Source: Eledone cirrhosa
Taxonomy: Eukaryota
Length of the DNA stretch: 64,000 nt
Direction of reading: 5' to 3'
Assembly: GCA_964016885.1 (NCBI GenBank)
Contig: OZ024743.1
Location: 243,598,001-243,662,000 of the forward strand
Part shown: piece by piece, positions 49,486 through 60,528 of the stretch
How the letters are laid out: the number at the start of each line of letters is the position of its first letter
Position numbering within the stretch: the first letter of the stretch is position 1
The notes under the pieces: generated by a model
The model's database searches: none
Seen by the model: the letters and a program-made list of their open reading frames with translations, nothing else
Told to the model about the DNA's origin: nothing
Position numbers and translations under genes: made by a program

Positions 49486-49545
49486 AAAGGTGAAGAGATG
49501 TTGAATAGATGTACTTAAAAGATAGATGAAGGCAATATTGAAAAC
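49486..49545 (-). CDS. Putative exon VFNIAFIYLLSTSIQHLFTF (60 nt)
   Basis: tttttatgtttatttgacag acceptor, gtaagt donor. Confidence 0.6.
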
Positions 49546-50535
49546 CTGTCAAATAAACATAAAAATAAAATAATTAACAGGTACAAAGTATAAATAGTTG
49601 AGCTGATACATTAACTCTTAACATCCTGCACTGCTTGAAACTGCATTAGCAAGACCCTCTTGAAAAGTATAAAACGGCACTACAACTACATCACTTAAAA
49701 AATGAAAGTCTTTACTTTAGTTTTTTGCAAGTTTTTCCAACTAGTAATAATTTGTCCACTAGTAATCTAGTCATCTGGTTCCCCCAGTCTCATGGTAATG
49801 GGTCACATCTACTAGTAAAGACACTATGTGTGTATAGAGCCGTAACTCCTGATGAATTTGTAAAGGTTCCATAGTGACATACAGTAGGCATTTTAAATCT
49901 GGCAGAATCCATTCTTCTCAAGGACTGAGCGCAGGCAATTTCTTCCAGAGAAGCAGAGAGAAAGTGAGAAATAAATGCAGGGTAAAAATCAACACCAGTA
50001 TTGGACTGCACTTTTTTTTTTATTGTATTCATCATCATCAGCAGCAGCACCGTTTAACATCGATTTTTCCATGCTAGCATGGGTTAGACGAGTTATCCTG
50101 TTGTGAGCAATGCCAGGTCAGGTGACCATGTCTTGCTCATACAGAATTGATTTTGGCTTGGTTTGTACAGCTGGATGCCCTTCCTAACACCATACTCATT
50201 TACAGTGAGTACTGGGTGCTTTTTGTCATGTCACCTACATGACCACTTTAGAGTGTGGGCTGGGTGCTTTTTGTTGTGTCGCCATCACGACCACTTTAGA
50301 GTGTGGGCTGGAGGCTTCACTGGATGTATACTTCTGCCTGTTCACATGGGAGATGTATGAGAGTGGGTAAGGTGGGGTGGTGCATACTATATATATTCTT
50401 CAGCTTCGGCCCATACCTAGTGTGTTACTTGTACTTTATTTCCTCAACTCTGGAAAGATAAAAGGCAAGGTTTATCTCGGTGGAATTTGAACTCAGAATG
50501 TAAAAATCCAGATCAAATACTGCAAAGCATTTAGA

Positions 50536-51140
50536 GGTGGAGGAGTTCAAATATCTCAGGGCTGTGTTCATGAGTAATGGAAGGCAGGAGGCTGAATTAA
50601 GTGCAAGAATTGCAGGAGCTGGTGCAGTAATGTGCCAGCTTCAGCATTCAGTAAACAGAAGAAAGGAGGTAGGTGTAAAAGCCAAACTTGCTATCTTCAG
50701 TTCGGTAGTTGTACTAACCCTTATCTATGGTTATGAATTTTAGGTAATGACTGAAACAATACAATCGTGAATACAAGTGACCGAAATGGGGTTCCTCCAA
50801 AGGGTTTTTGGGGTAACATTACTTGATAGAGTGTGCAGCTCGGAGACGAGAGAGTCACTCCAGGTAGATACACTATTTCTCCAAATTGAGAGATCACAGC
50901 TCCGATACTATGGGCATGTGGTTTGAATGTTTCAGGAAAGAATCGCTGCACAGATTTTATGAGCAAAACCAACTGGCAGGAGACCCAGAGCAAGATGGTT
51001 GGATAACATCCACGAGTTTGTTTGGTCTTGTTTGGAGATCCAGCCAGATTAGGTAAAGACGGTATCTTCTGACAAACCCGCTGGAAGGAGTGTTTGAGGA
51101 CTCTGCCCCCATCATCCTCTCATGATTACGTGGGTAAAGA
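50536..51140 (+). mobile_element. Second RTE family (Expander/Rex3-like) 3' region; further 3' ends at 27830-28035 and 42955-43205
   Basis: VEEFKYL...GRQEAELSARIAGAGAVM...KAKLAIFSSV..TLIYGYE motif with shared 3' end. Confidence 0.8.
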
Positions 51141-51907
51141 AGAACTGCCCTATTAAAATGATAAAAGTGTAAATTTGATTTACCTTGACTCCAAAAATAG
51201 TCAGCATAGATTCAGTCCAAATAACATTCCTAGAGAAATTGGAAATAGGAAAAATAAAATATAAAATGCCCTTCCTAACACCAACCACATTATAGTGTGG
51301 ACTTGGTGCTTTTTATCGTGTCATGATAACGACCAACTAAACGGGTGGACTGGCTGCATTTTGTTGTGGCAGCAGCACTATGGTAGAGCAGGTATGGAGT
51401 ATGCCTAGCTTTCCATCCATGTACGCATGGGTTGGATAGAAGAGATATATCAGGGGTGTTGACATGCATGAGTGAAGTGGAGTACATCATCATCATCATT
51501 AAACATCTATTTCCCACACCCTCGTATTCAGATGGGCTATCATGCTCTGAGACTAGGTCAAACAGGAGATCATGTCTGGTTCATACATTCTGTTCATATT
51601 TTTCCATGTGGACATAAGTTGGATGGAGGGGGCATTCATAAAGCACCCACACTGTAAATGTGGTTGGCATTAGGAAGGGCATCCAGCTGCAGAAAAGCAG
51701 CCAGAAACACCACTATATGAGCGAGACATGGTCACCTGACAACTTGCATAGTGGAAGGTGAGGGACAAATAGAAGGAACTATCTTTGTAGGGAGTGAGTG
51801 GGGGAAGACTAAGGACTAAATATATATATATATATGCAAAAGGCAAATGACACAGAACAATGAAGAAATATATTATTAGTTTTGCACTTGATATAGTAGG
51901 GAAAGAG

Positions 51908-51941
51908 TCAACGTTTCAGACACTAATTCTTCATCAGAAAA
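51908..51941 (-). ncRNA. Minimal Penelope-type hammerhead motif in a probable PLE terminal relic (about 51880-52260)
   Basis: Minus strand CTGATGA aga attagtg tct GAAAC GTT with palindromic stem III. Confidence 0.55.
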
Positions 51942-51986
51942 TAGAATGAGAAATTCAAGAAGAAATAAAAAGAACCAGGAGATGGG

Positions 51987-52047
<61 letters not shown>

Positions 52048-52592
52048 CTTAGATACTGCAGAGGTGGGAGGAGTATGCAGGATGGGGTTGAAGGGAGCAA
52101 GTGGAAATCTGTGGGATATTTAGCTGGTGAGGGGTTAGGTGAGATAGATGGAGGAAGATGTATGCAGTAGATTGGTGTAGATTTGTGCTTTCTCCATGTT
52201 TGTTTCCTCTTGTGCACATGTGAAGGCAGATCTTCTGCAGTACAGAAACATCACACAATGTTGGTGCTACTGGTGATTAATATAGACTATATATATAAGG
52301 GTCCCTGAATCCAGTAAGACAACCTCTCTAGTGCTGGTGGCACGAATAAAAGCACCCAGTCCATGCTGTAAAGTGGTGCTGGTGATAGGAAGGGCATTCA
52401 ACTAGTATATTAATGCCAAAAATTATGAGCACAACAGCCAAGATGATGATGATGATGATATATATATACATACCGTTCTAAAACAAGTGAAGCTAGAGCT
52501 GCTGCAGGTATTGCCAAAGGAATGTCTTCATCAACTGGTTCAAGTGTTTTCCTATAAATATAAATGTATGTGTGTATATATATATATATATA

Positions 52593-52764
52593 TGAGGGTT
52601 GGCTGAGAAGTTCATAGGCTGACCAAATGATGTTTATTTTTCAACATAGTCCCTGGAAAGAAACAATCCAGTTATTTATAAGAGTTGAAATTAATGCATG
52701 CAAGATTTCACAGCACTAGCACGACTCAGTCATAGCCAGCCTATGAACTTTTCAGCCAACCTCG
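52593..52764. mobile_element. Mariner-like MITE
   Basis: About 30-bp TIRs gagggttggctgagaagttcataggctg / cagcctatgaacttttcagccaacctc, after TA. Confidence 0.85.
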
Positions 52765-52799
52765 TGTGTGAGTGTGTGTGTGTGTGTGTATGTATATAT

Positions 52800-52978
52800 A
52801 ACAGGTAAAAAGAGGATTAACATGGATAAGTTATATAATAGGGTTTATTCCAAGCATTAACATATGTTTCATTGCCTAATTAGCAATTAATTCTTGCTAA
52901 TTAGGTGATGAAACATGTTAATGCTTGAAATAAACCCTATTATATTGCTTATCCGTGTTAATCCTTTTTTTACCTGTT
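52800..52978. repeat. Long imperfect palindrome (about 85-bp arms), probably inverted Penelope terminal sequence
   Basis: Arms 52800-52886 and 52894-52978; each carries the GAAAC(AT)ATGTT 3' half of a hammerhead followed by AATAAA. Confidence 0.85.
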
Positions 52979-53447
52979 ATTACTACTCCAAGAACTACTA
53001 ATCACGGAACTTTCAGGAAACTATCCTCCGAAAAACCTAAGTAAGAGTGTATTGGGTGCATCATGACACTAACACTAACTAAAATCTGTCTCAAGCCCGG
53101 AGGCTCATGAGGTTAGTACTTATCCCAGTTTCCATGGTGTTAATCAACTGAGAGTACAAGACTTCCCTCCTGGACAGGGCACCAGTCTATCATAGGGTTA
53201 AACCCACAGCTATTGCTGGTACTCATTCTCAGCTAAGTATACTGGGACAACGTGAAATGAAGTGTTTTACTCAAGAACACAACACACATGTCAGTACAGG
53301 GATTGAACCCACAACATTATGATCATAAGTCCAACACTCTTAGCTGTACTAAACTGCAAAATAATCAGACCTAAAGAAACCATGGGTGAAGAACACCTGG
53401 TCAACCCATAAAACCTGATTTTCAATAGTTAAAATGGTTCTACTTAC

Positions 53448-53508
53448 CATCCATCAAACATCTGAAGTTTCAGAATGTAATCAATTATTGTCTGTAGGTT
53501 TCTCTGTT
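53448..53508 (-). other. Putative exon (61 nt) ending in ATG, the likely start codon of the - strand gene
   Basis: ttttgctatttccttacag acceptor, ATG|gtaagt donor. Confidence 0.6.
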
Positions 53509-53599
53509 CTGTAAGGAAATAGCAAAATTTCCAGTTTTTTCCATGGACCTAGAAGAAAGTTCCATTTTTTTGTTAGAGGTAGAAGTTGATGCTCATTAG

Positions 53600-54230
53600 T
53601 CACGATGTATGGAGCAGAGACATGGTCAATGATTGGTTTCTAATTTAGGCACAATGCCAGCAATTTTGAGGGGGGGGGGGGTAGATTAAACAACCAAAGT
53701 AGTTGACTGGTACTTCAGTTTATCAATCACTGGAAGGATGAAAGTCCAAATTGATCTCAGTGGGATTTGAATTGAGAGCGTAAAGAGCTGTAACTAAATG
53801 CAGTAAAGCATTTTGTCTAATGCTTTAATGATTCCACCAATGTAGCACCCTAGCATGGTTGATGATTGAAAACACAGAACAGAAGCTTAGAACAACATAA
53901 AGAAATATGGAAAGATTCAAATTAGGAATCACTAGGAAAGACAAAAACTTGTCAATGGTTAAGAGAACAAACATAAGTACACAACATCATAAAAAAAATC
54001 TAGATGAGATAATGGAAATGGACAGGGCATGTGATAGAAACAAAATAACAGATGGACAAAGCTATATACAGAATGGAGACCAGGTGGGGAGGAAGGTTTA
54101 CATGGTCAAGGAAGACAGAAAATGAGGTTGATAAGTTTATGGGCATTACATGCATATGAAAGGGACAATATAGGCATAATTAGCACCGGCTTAGGGAAGT
54201 TTTTGTCTTGCAATGGGCAGATGATGATGA
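53600..54230 (+). mobile_element. Degenerate LINE C-terminal relic interrupted by a SINE
   Basis: YGAETWSMI, and fragments resembling the RW.W.GHV.R...RWTK pattern, with atg tail. Confidence 0.55.
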
Positions 54231-54468
54231 AATAATGATTCCTATAGTACCAATGGTAGTGGTAGTTATTATTGTTATTAGTTAGGCGGTGGACTGGAAA
54301 ATCGGTAGAGCATAGGACAATATGCTTAGCAGTATAGTTATGGTCCTTTACATTCTGAGTTCAAATCCTGCTAAGGTTAGCTCCACCATTACTCATAATA
54401 ACAATAATTACTACCACCCCTATTACTAATTTGAAATAAAGTAAGACAAGTATCTTTGTGGACATTAA

Positions 54469-54682
54469 GAGAGAGATTGGCCAAACTAGTTTCAATCTTG
54501 TGTCGCGATTTCATCAGCAACTGAATAACCTCTTCACAGAGATACTGCTTATCAATCCAGTTTATGTAAGCCATTAGTAATTGTGGGTATATAAACAGTA
54601 TTTCTGTGGACAGTTAAATAGAGAATCCAGTCACTGAAGAAATCGCAACACGAGATTGAAACTAGTTCAGCTGATCCCTCTC
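54469..54682. ncRNA. Palindromic element with a hammerhead ribozyme on each strand
   Basis: Plus 54628-54673 cagtca CTGAAGA aatcgcaacacgagatt GAAAC tagtt cagctg; minus 54478-54523 cagttg CTGATGA aatcgcgacacaagatt GAAAC tagtt tggcc. Confidence 0.75.
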
Positions 54683-54716
54683 ATACTGTTCACAAAATAT
54701 TGCGTGTGTATATACA

Positions 54717-54791
54717 CAGGGTGTCCCCCAAAATGTATATACACATCAACATAAATATAACCAGTGTGCATACATTTTTTGGGACACCCTG
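54717..54791. mobile_element. 75-bp Tc1/mariner-like mini-MITE
   Basis: TIRs cagggtgtccc.caaaatgtat / atacattttttgggacaccctg. Confidence 0.75.
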
Positions 54792-54820
54792 TGTGTGTGT
54801 GTATAAATATATATATATAT

Positions 54821-56143
54821 ACAACAGATGCCCTCTTCTTGGTGAGACAAATGCAAGAGAGGTTCTTAGAGAAGAATAAGCCACTATACTTAGCCTTTGT
54901 TGACCTAGAGAAGGCCTTTGATAGGGTACCCCGATCTGTCATCTGGTGGTCCCTAAGGAAGCTGGGTGTTGAGGAATGGCTTGTAAGGACAGTGCAAACT
55001 TTGTACAGAGGTACTCTCAGTAAAGTCAGGGTAGGAATGGAGTTTAGTGAGGAATTCCAGATACAAGTAGGAGTACATCAGGGTTCGGTCCTCAGCCCGC
55101 TCTTGTTCATTATAGTCCTCCAAGCCATAACAGAGGAGTTTAAGACTGGCTGTCCATGGGAACTTCTCTATGCTGACGATCTGGCTCTTATGGAAGAAAC
55201 AGTAGAGGAGCTAGAGAATAAATTCCGGCTATGGAAACAGCAGTTGGAAGCAAGAGGACTGAGAGTAAATCTAGCTAAGACAAAAGTGTTGATGAGTAGA
55301 AAAGAGGACAAAACCCTGATTCCTTCAGGGAAATGGCCATGTTCGATATGCAGAAAAGGAACTGGCATAAATTCTATAAAATGCACACAATGTAGGTCCT
55401 GGGTACACAAGAGATGTAGCGGGATAGCAGGCAAACTAACAGGTAGGAAGAAATATGTATGCAGTAGATGTACAGGGAAATTAGACAGTAGAAGTCGCAC
55501 TGATAGACACATTTTTCAAATGCGAGAGGGCGCTATAGAAGTGGTGGATAGCTTCCGGTACCTAGGAGATCAGATTAGCATGGGAGGAGGGTGTTCCGAG
55601 GCCATAGTATCTAGAATAAGGACGGGTTGGAAGAAGTTTAGGGAGCTGTTTCCTCTGTTGACGAAGAAGGGTTTCTCCCTGCGTACGAAAGGCCGGTTGT
55701 ATGATGCCTGTGTGAGGAGCGCGATGCTGCATGGTAGTGAGACATGGGCAGCTACCGCAGAAGATATGCGACGGCTGGAGAGAAATGAGGCAAGTATGCT
55801 CCGTTGGATGTGCAGTGTAAATGTGCGTGAACGACCCAGCATAAATGTGTTGAGAGGGATAGAATGTAGTGTATGGGAGAGGAGACTGAGGTGGTATGGA
55901 CATGTGATGCGCATGGAGGATGACCGATGGGTGAAGAAGTGCCAGGAAATGCCAGTTGAAGGAAGACGTGGTAGAGGTAGACCACGAAAAACATGGGCGG
56001 AGGTGGTGAGAATAGACCTCAGATCATTGAAGCTCACGGTGGAGATGACGAGGGACCGTGACGAGTGGAGAGATGCTGTGCTGAATAAGACCCGTCCCAC
56101 CCTTGCAAGCAGGGAAAAGCGGACGTAAAATGATGATGATGAT
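54821..56143 (+). mobile_element. 5'-truncated young RTE LINE, open to its stop at 56128
   Basis: RT motifs, PHD finger, C-terminus, (ATG)n tail. Confidence 0.95.
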
Positions 56144-56177
56144 ATATAAATAAAGACAAGCTCTTTACATCTGTCTT

Positions 56178-58972
56178 TCATCATCATTTCATCATCATCA
56201 TCATCATTTTACGTCCGCTTTTCCCTGCTTGCAAGGGTGGGACGGGTCTTATTCAACACAGCATCTCTCCACTCGTCACGGTCCCTCGTCATCTCCACCG
56301 TGAGCTTCAATGATCTGAGGTCTGTTCTCACCACCTCCGCCCATGTTTTTCGTGGTCTACCTCTACCACGTCTTCCTTCAACTGGCATTTCCTGGCACTT
56401 CTTCACCCATCGGTCATCCTCCATGCGCATCACATGTCCATACCACCTCAGTCTCCCCTCCCGTACACTACATTCTATCCCTCTCAGACACAGTTTCTCT
56501 CTCAACACATTTATGCTGGGTCGTTCACGCACATTTACACTGCACATCCAACGGAGCATGCTTGCCTCATTTCTCTCCAGCCGTTGCATATCCTCTGCAG
56601 TTGCTGCCCATGTCTCACTACCATGCAGCATCGCTCTCCTCACACAGGCATCATACAACCGGCCTTTCGTACGCAGGGAGAAACCCTTCTTCGTCAACAG
56701 AGGAAGCAGCTCCCTAAACTTCTTCCAACCCGTCCTTATTCTAGATACTATGGCCTCGGAACACCCTCCTCCCATGCTAATCTGATCTTCTAGGTACCGG
56801 AAGCTATCCACCACTTCTATAGCGCCCTCTCGCATTTGAAAAATGTGTCTATCAGTGCGACTTCTACTGTCTAATTTCCCTGTACATCTACTGCATACAT
56901 ATTTCTCCCTACCTGTTAGTTTGCCTGCTATCCCGCTACATCTCTTGTGTACCCAGGACCTGCATTGTGTGCATTTTATAGAATTTATGCCAGTTCCTTT
57001 TCTGCATATCGAACATGGCCATTTCCCTGACGGAATCAGGGTTTTGTCCTCTTTTCTACTCATCAACACTTTTGTCTTAGCTAGATTTACTCTCAGTCCT
57101 CTTGCTTCCAACTGCTGTTTCCATAGCCAGAATTTATTCTCTAGCTCCTCTACTGATTCTGCTATAAGAGCCAGATCGTCAGCATAGAGAAGTTCCCATG
57201 GACAGCCAGTCTTAAACTCCTCTGTTATGGCTTGGAGGACTATAATGAACAAGAGCGGGCTGAGGACCGAACCCTGATGTACTCCTACTTGTATCTGGAA
57301 TTCCTCACTAAACTCCATTCCTACCCTGACTTTACTGAGAGTACCTCTGTACAAAGTTTGCACTGTCCTCACAAGCCATTCCTCAACACCTAGCTTCCTT
57401 AGGGACCACCAGATGACAGATCGGGGTACCCTATCAAAGGCCTTCTCTAGGTCAACAAAGGCTAAGTATAGTGGCTTATTCTTCTCTAAGAACCTCTCTT
57501 GCATTTGTCTCACCAAGAAGAGGGCATCTGTTGTACTCTTCCCAGGCACAAAACCAAACTGCATCTCATCTAGTTTGACCCTTTCTCTAATTAGTTGTGC
57601 TAAAATCCTTTCTGCCACTTTCATAACCTGATCTATCAGTTTTATACCCCTATAATTGCTCCTCTCCAAAGCATCCCCTTTACCTTTGTAGCAATTTATG
57701 AGAATACTGCTGCACCAGTCTTTGGGTATGACACCACCATATATAGCCTGATTGATGATGCGTGCAACCAGTTTAGTGCCTACGTCCCCTGATGCCTTCA
57801 GCATCTCAGCAACTATTCCCGATGGTCCGGCCGCCTTACCATTTTTCATTTCCCTAATCGCCTCTTGGACCCTATATTCGTCAATCTCAATAGCTGGTCC
57901 CTCTGTCGGATCTACTAAGGGTAATTTCTCTCTCTCCCATTCGTTCTCCACATTCATCAGTCTCTCATAATGACATTTCCAGGCCTCCTTTTTCTGGTCA
58001 TTCGTGACACTAAGTACACCGGCATCATCCCGGACACATTTATCTCCAACAACATCCTGATTTGCATTGACACACTGCCTTGCAATGTGGAACACCGCAC
58101 GCCTCTGATCTTCCCGTCGCAGAACATTGGCAAACCTCCTACTCTCTGCCTCCCTGCGTGCTAAGTACACCTGACGTCTAGCTTCTCTCTTAGTGGCTGT
58201 ATATTCTTCCCTACTCCCACCCTTTTTCCAAGCCTTCCATGCTAGTCTTTTGTCTCTAATAGCCTTATCTACTGTGCTGTTCCACTACCAGGTCACTCTC
58301 TGTCTGGTTGTAGCTCTGCTCCAGCCACAGGTTTCATCAGTAGCCTGCAGCAAGTTGTCACGTAAGAACTTCCAGTTATTATCTATGTCATACGTCTCTA
58401 AATCGTCTTCTTTTTCGTCATATACATCTTGAAGGGCTTTCCTAAATTTGAATTTTAGTGAAAGGTCTTTTAGCTTCCAGACCTTTCTTCTCCACACCTT
58501 CCTATATGTCTCATTCCATCTCTTGCTTACTGAGATATCACTAACAACTAACCTATGCTGTGGGGTACATTCTTCCCCAGGGTATGCCTTGGTATTAGAC
58601 ACTATCTGCCTGTCCCGCTGCCTAACTAGCAGGAAGTCAATCTGGCTTATGTGCTCACCAGATTTATAGGTTATTAGGTGATTGGCAGGTTTCTGGAAGT
58701 TTGTGTTGCAAATAGTCAATGTACCCGCATCACAAAATTCAAGAAGTCTCACTCCTTCTTCATTTCTTGAACCGTAACCGTGCCCACCATGTACCCCAGT
58801 GTAACCATCCTGGAGCTGTCCAACATGACCATTGAAATCTCCTGCTAGCATAACGATGTCTCCATCCTCTATCATTGTGGTTGTTTGCAAAAGTTGCTCA
58901 TAAAAGCAGTCTTTCTCATCTTTGCCTAGGCCTGCTTGGGGAGCATAGACCGAGATGATTGTCAGTAGTCTT
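56178..58972 (-). mobile_element. Young RTE LINE, 5'-truncated in APE; ORF intact except one TAG (58285-58287)
   Basis: In-frame ORFs 58285-58890 (APE: GDFNGHVG, IDFLL, QHRLV) and 56209-58170 (RT with YADD, PHD finger). Confidence 0.97.
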
Positions 58973-58985
58973 TATATATACTATT

Positions 58986-59050
58986 GTCCCACCCTTGCAA
59001 GCAGGGAAAAGCGGACGTAAAATGATGATGATGATGATGATGATGATGAT
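58986..59050 (+). mobile_element. Isolated RTE 3' tail (about 35 bp plus (ATG)n)
   Basis: Identical to RTE terminus gtcccacccttgcaagcagggaaaagcggacgtaaaatgatg. Confidence 0.9.
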
Positions 59051-60468
59051 ATATAAAACAACTAAATTCTTAACAAAAGTATGGGGCAAATCTTAATTAA
59101 AGAAATGTATATATGAAGAAATATTTACACAAAAATTACCATTAATGTTGTCCATAGCAGTGGACATTCAGTAAGCACTCTTTGAAACAAGTCATCGGAA
59201 ATTGTCTGTCTTAACATACTCTGGGGAAGAGATAGAATATACAGTTAATTCTGGTGTATAAGTTGACCCAGCATACAAGTTGATTTGAAGATACTTAACG
59301 CAAAATTATGTGTTAGGGCTATACTTACTGTATAGATCAACCCCTGAACATAAGTTAGGTTCTGCTGAGATTGTTTATATTCTACGACTGTTCTATTGAT
59401 TATTTATTATAATATATGTACTGCATATTATAGTTAACTTGAAGCTACAGTAGAAGACACTTGCCCAAGGTGTCACACAGTGGGACTGAACCCCAAACCT
59501 CATGGTTGTGAAGTAAATTCCTTAACCACCCAACCATCCTGTGCCTCATAATCATTGTTTAATGTCATTTTTTTCATGCTTGCATTGGTGAGACGGATTA
59601 TCACATAAGGCCAGCTAAATTAGGTGACCACCTCTTGCTCATACCATCCCATTTGGGGTTGGTTTTCTATGGTTGGATACCCTTCCTAATGCCAACCACA
59701 TTACAGAATATACTGGGAGCTTTTTTCGTGGTAGCAGCATTTCCACTGTACAGGGTGAACTGGATGCTTTTTGTCAGGGTTCCAGTACAACCACCTTGCA
59801 GGGTGGAAAGGGTGCTTTTTGTTGTTGTTGTTTGTTTGTTTTTCCATACTAACATTGGTTGGATTCTTGTTTGTGTGTGTATCACAGATTAGAATAGGTA
59901 TACTGTATCCCTGCATGTCCTAAGATATGACTAAAAGGGTCGGAATCTGGAAGGGCATACAGCTGTAAAATATTGTTTCAGAAAGAACCTAACCATGATG
60001 AGTACAACTACATGCAATATACACATGATAAACTTCTTCAGTTTCCCTCTACTATTCACAAGATTATAATAAAAAACAAGTCACATAAATAGGATCAAAC
60101 TTGAAATCACATGGTTGGGAAGTTAACTTTTTAATCAAAGAGTCAACTTGTCTTCAACAACAAGAAAAGCAATGTGAAGTGATATATTTGTATTTCTATA
60201 GTCTACGCTTGAACCAAGCCTTGTGCGTGACACTGGGACGATAGACTGTAACTAATATTTAAAGGGCCAACCTTGTCACATACTGTGTTACATTGATTCT
60301 CTTTGAGAATTACATTAAGGATATATGTGTCAGTGAAGAGTTCAACCATGCAGGCTGTTCTGTTGATCAAACAACTGGGACACTTATTATCCAACCTGAT
60401 TGTTTTCCATTCCCTGAGAATGGAATGATAACATAACATCAGTTCCATGATGGGAGACAAATTTTTAC

Positions 60469-60528
60469 CTGGAAAATATGATAAACAACATCTCTGTCCA
60501 ACGTAAAACCTTCATTGATGGTATCCCT
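60469..60528 (-). other. Putative upstream exon (60 nt) of the - strand gene
   Basis: cttattctatatttcag acceptor, CAG|gtaaaa donor. Confidence 0.5.

Noticed and set aside
54518-54633. Inversion of the inner segment as a switch, since each hammerhead's stem I arm pairs better with the other copy's arm
   Set aside because: Independent CpG decay from one consensus explains the pattern more simply
55168-58669. Many 70-200 aa ORFs antisense to or overlapping the RTE copies (also 7439-8289)
   Set aside because: Shadow ORFs of the LINE coding sequence, recurring only because the copies are near-identical
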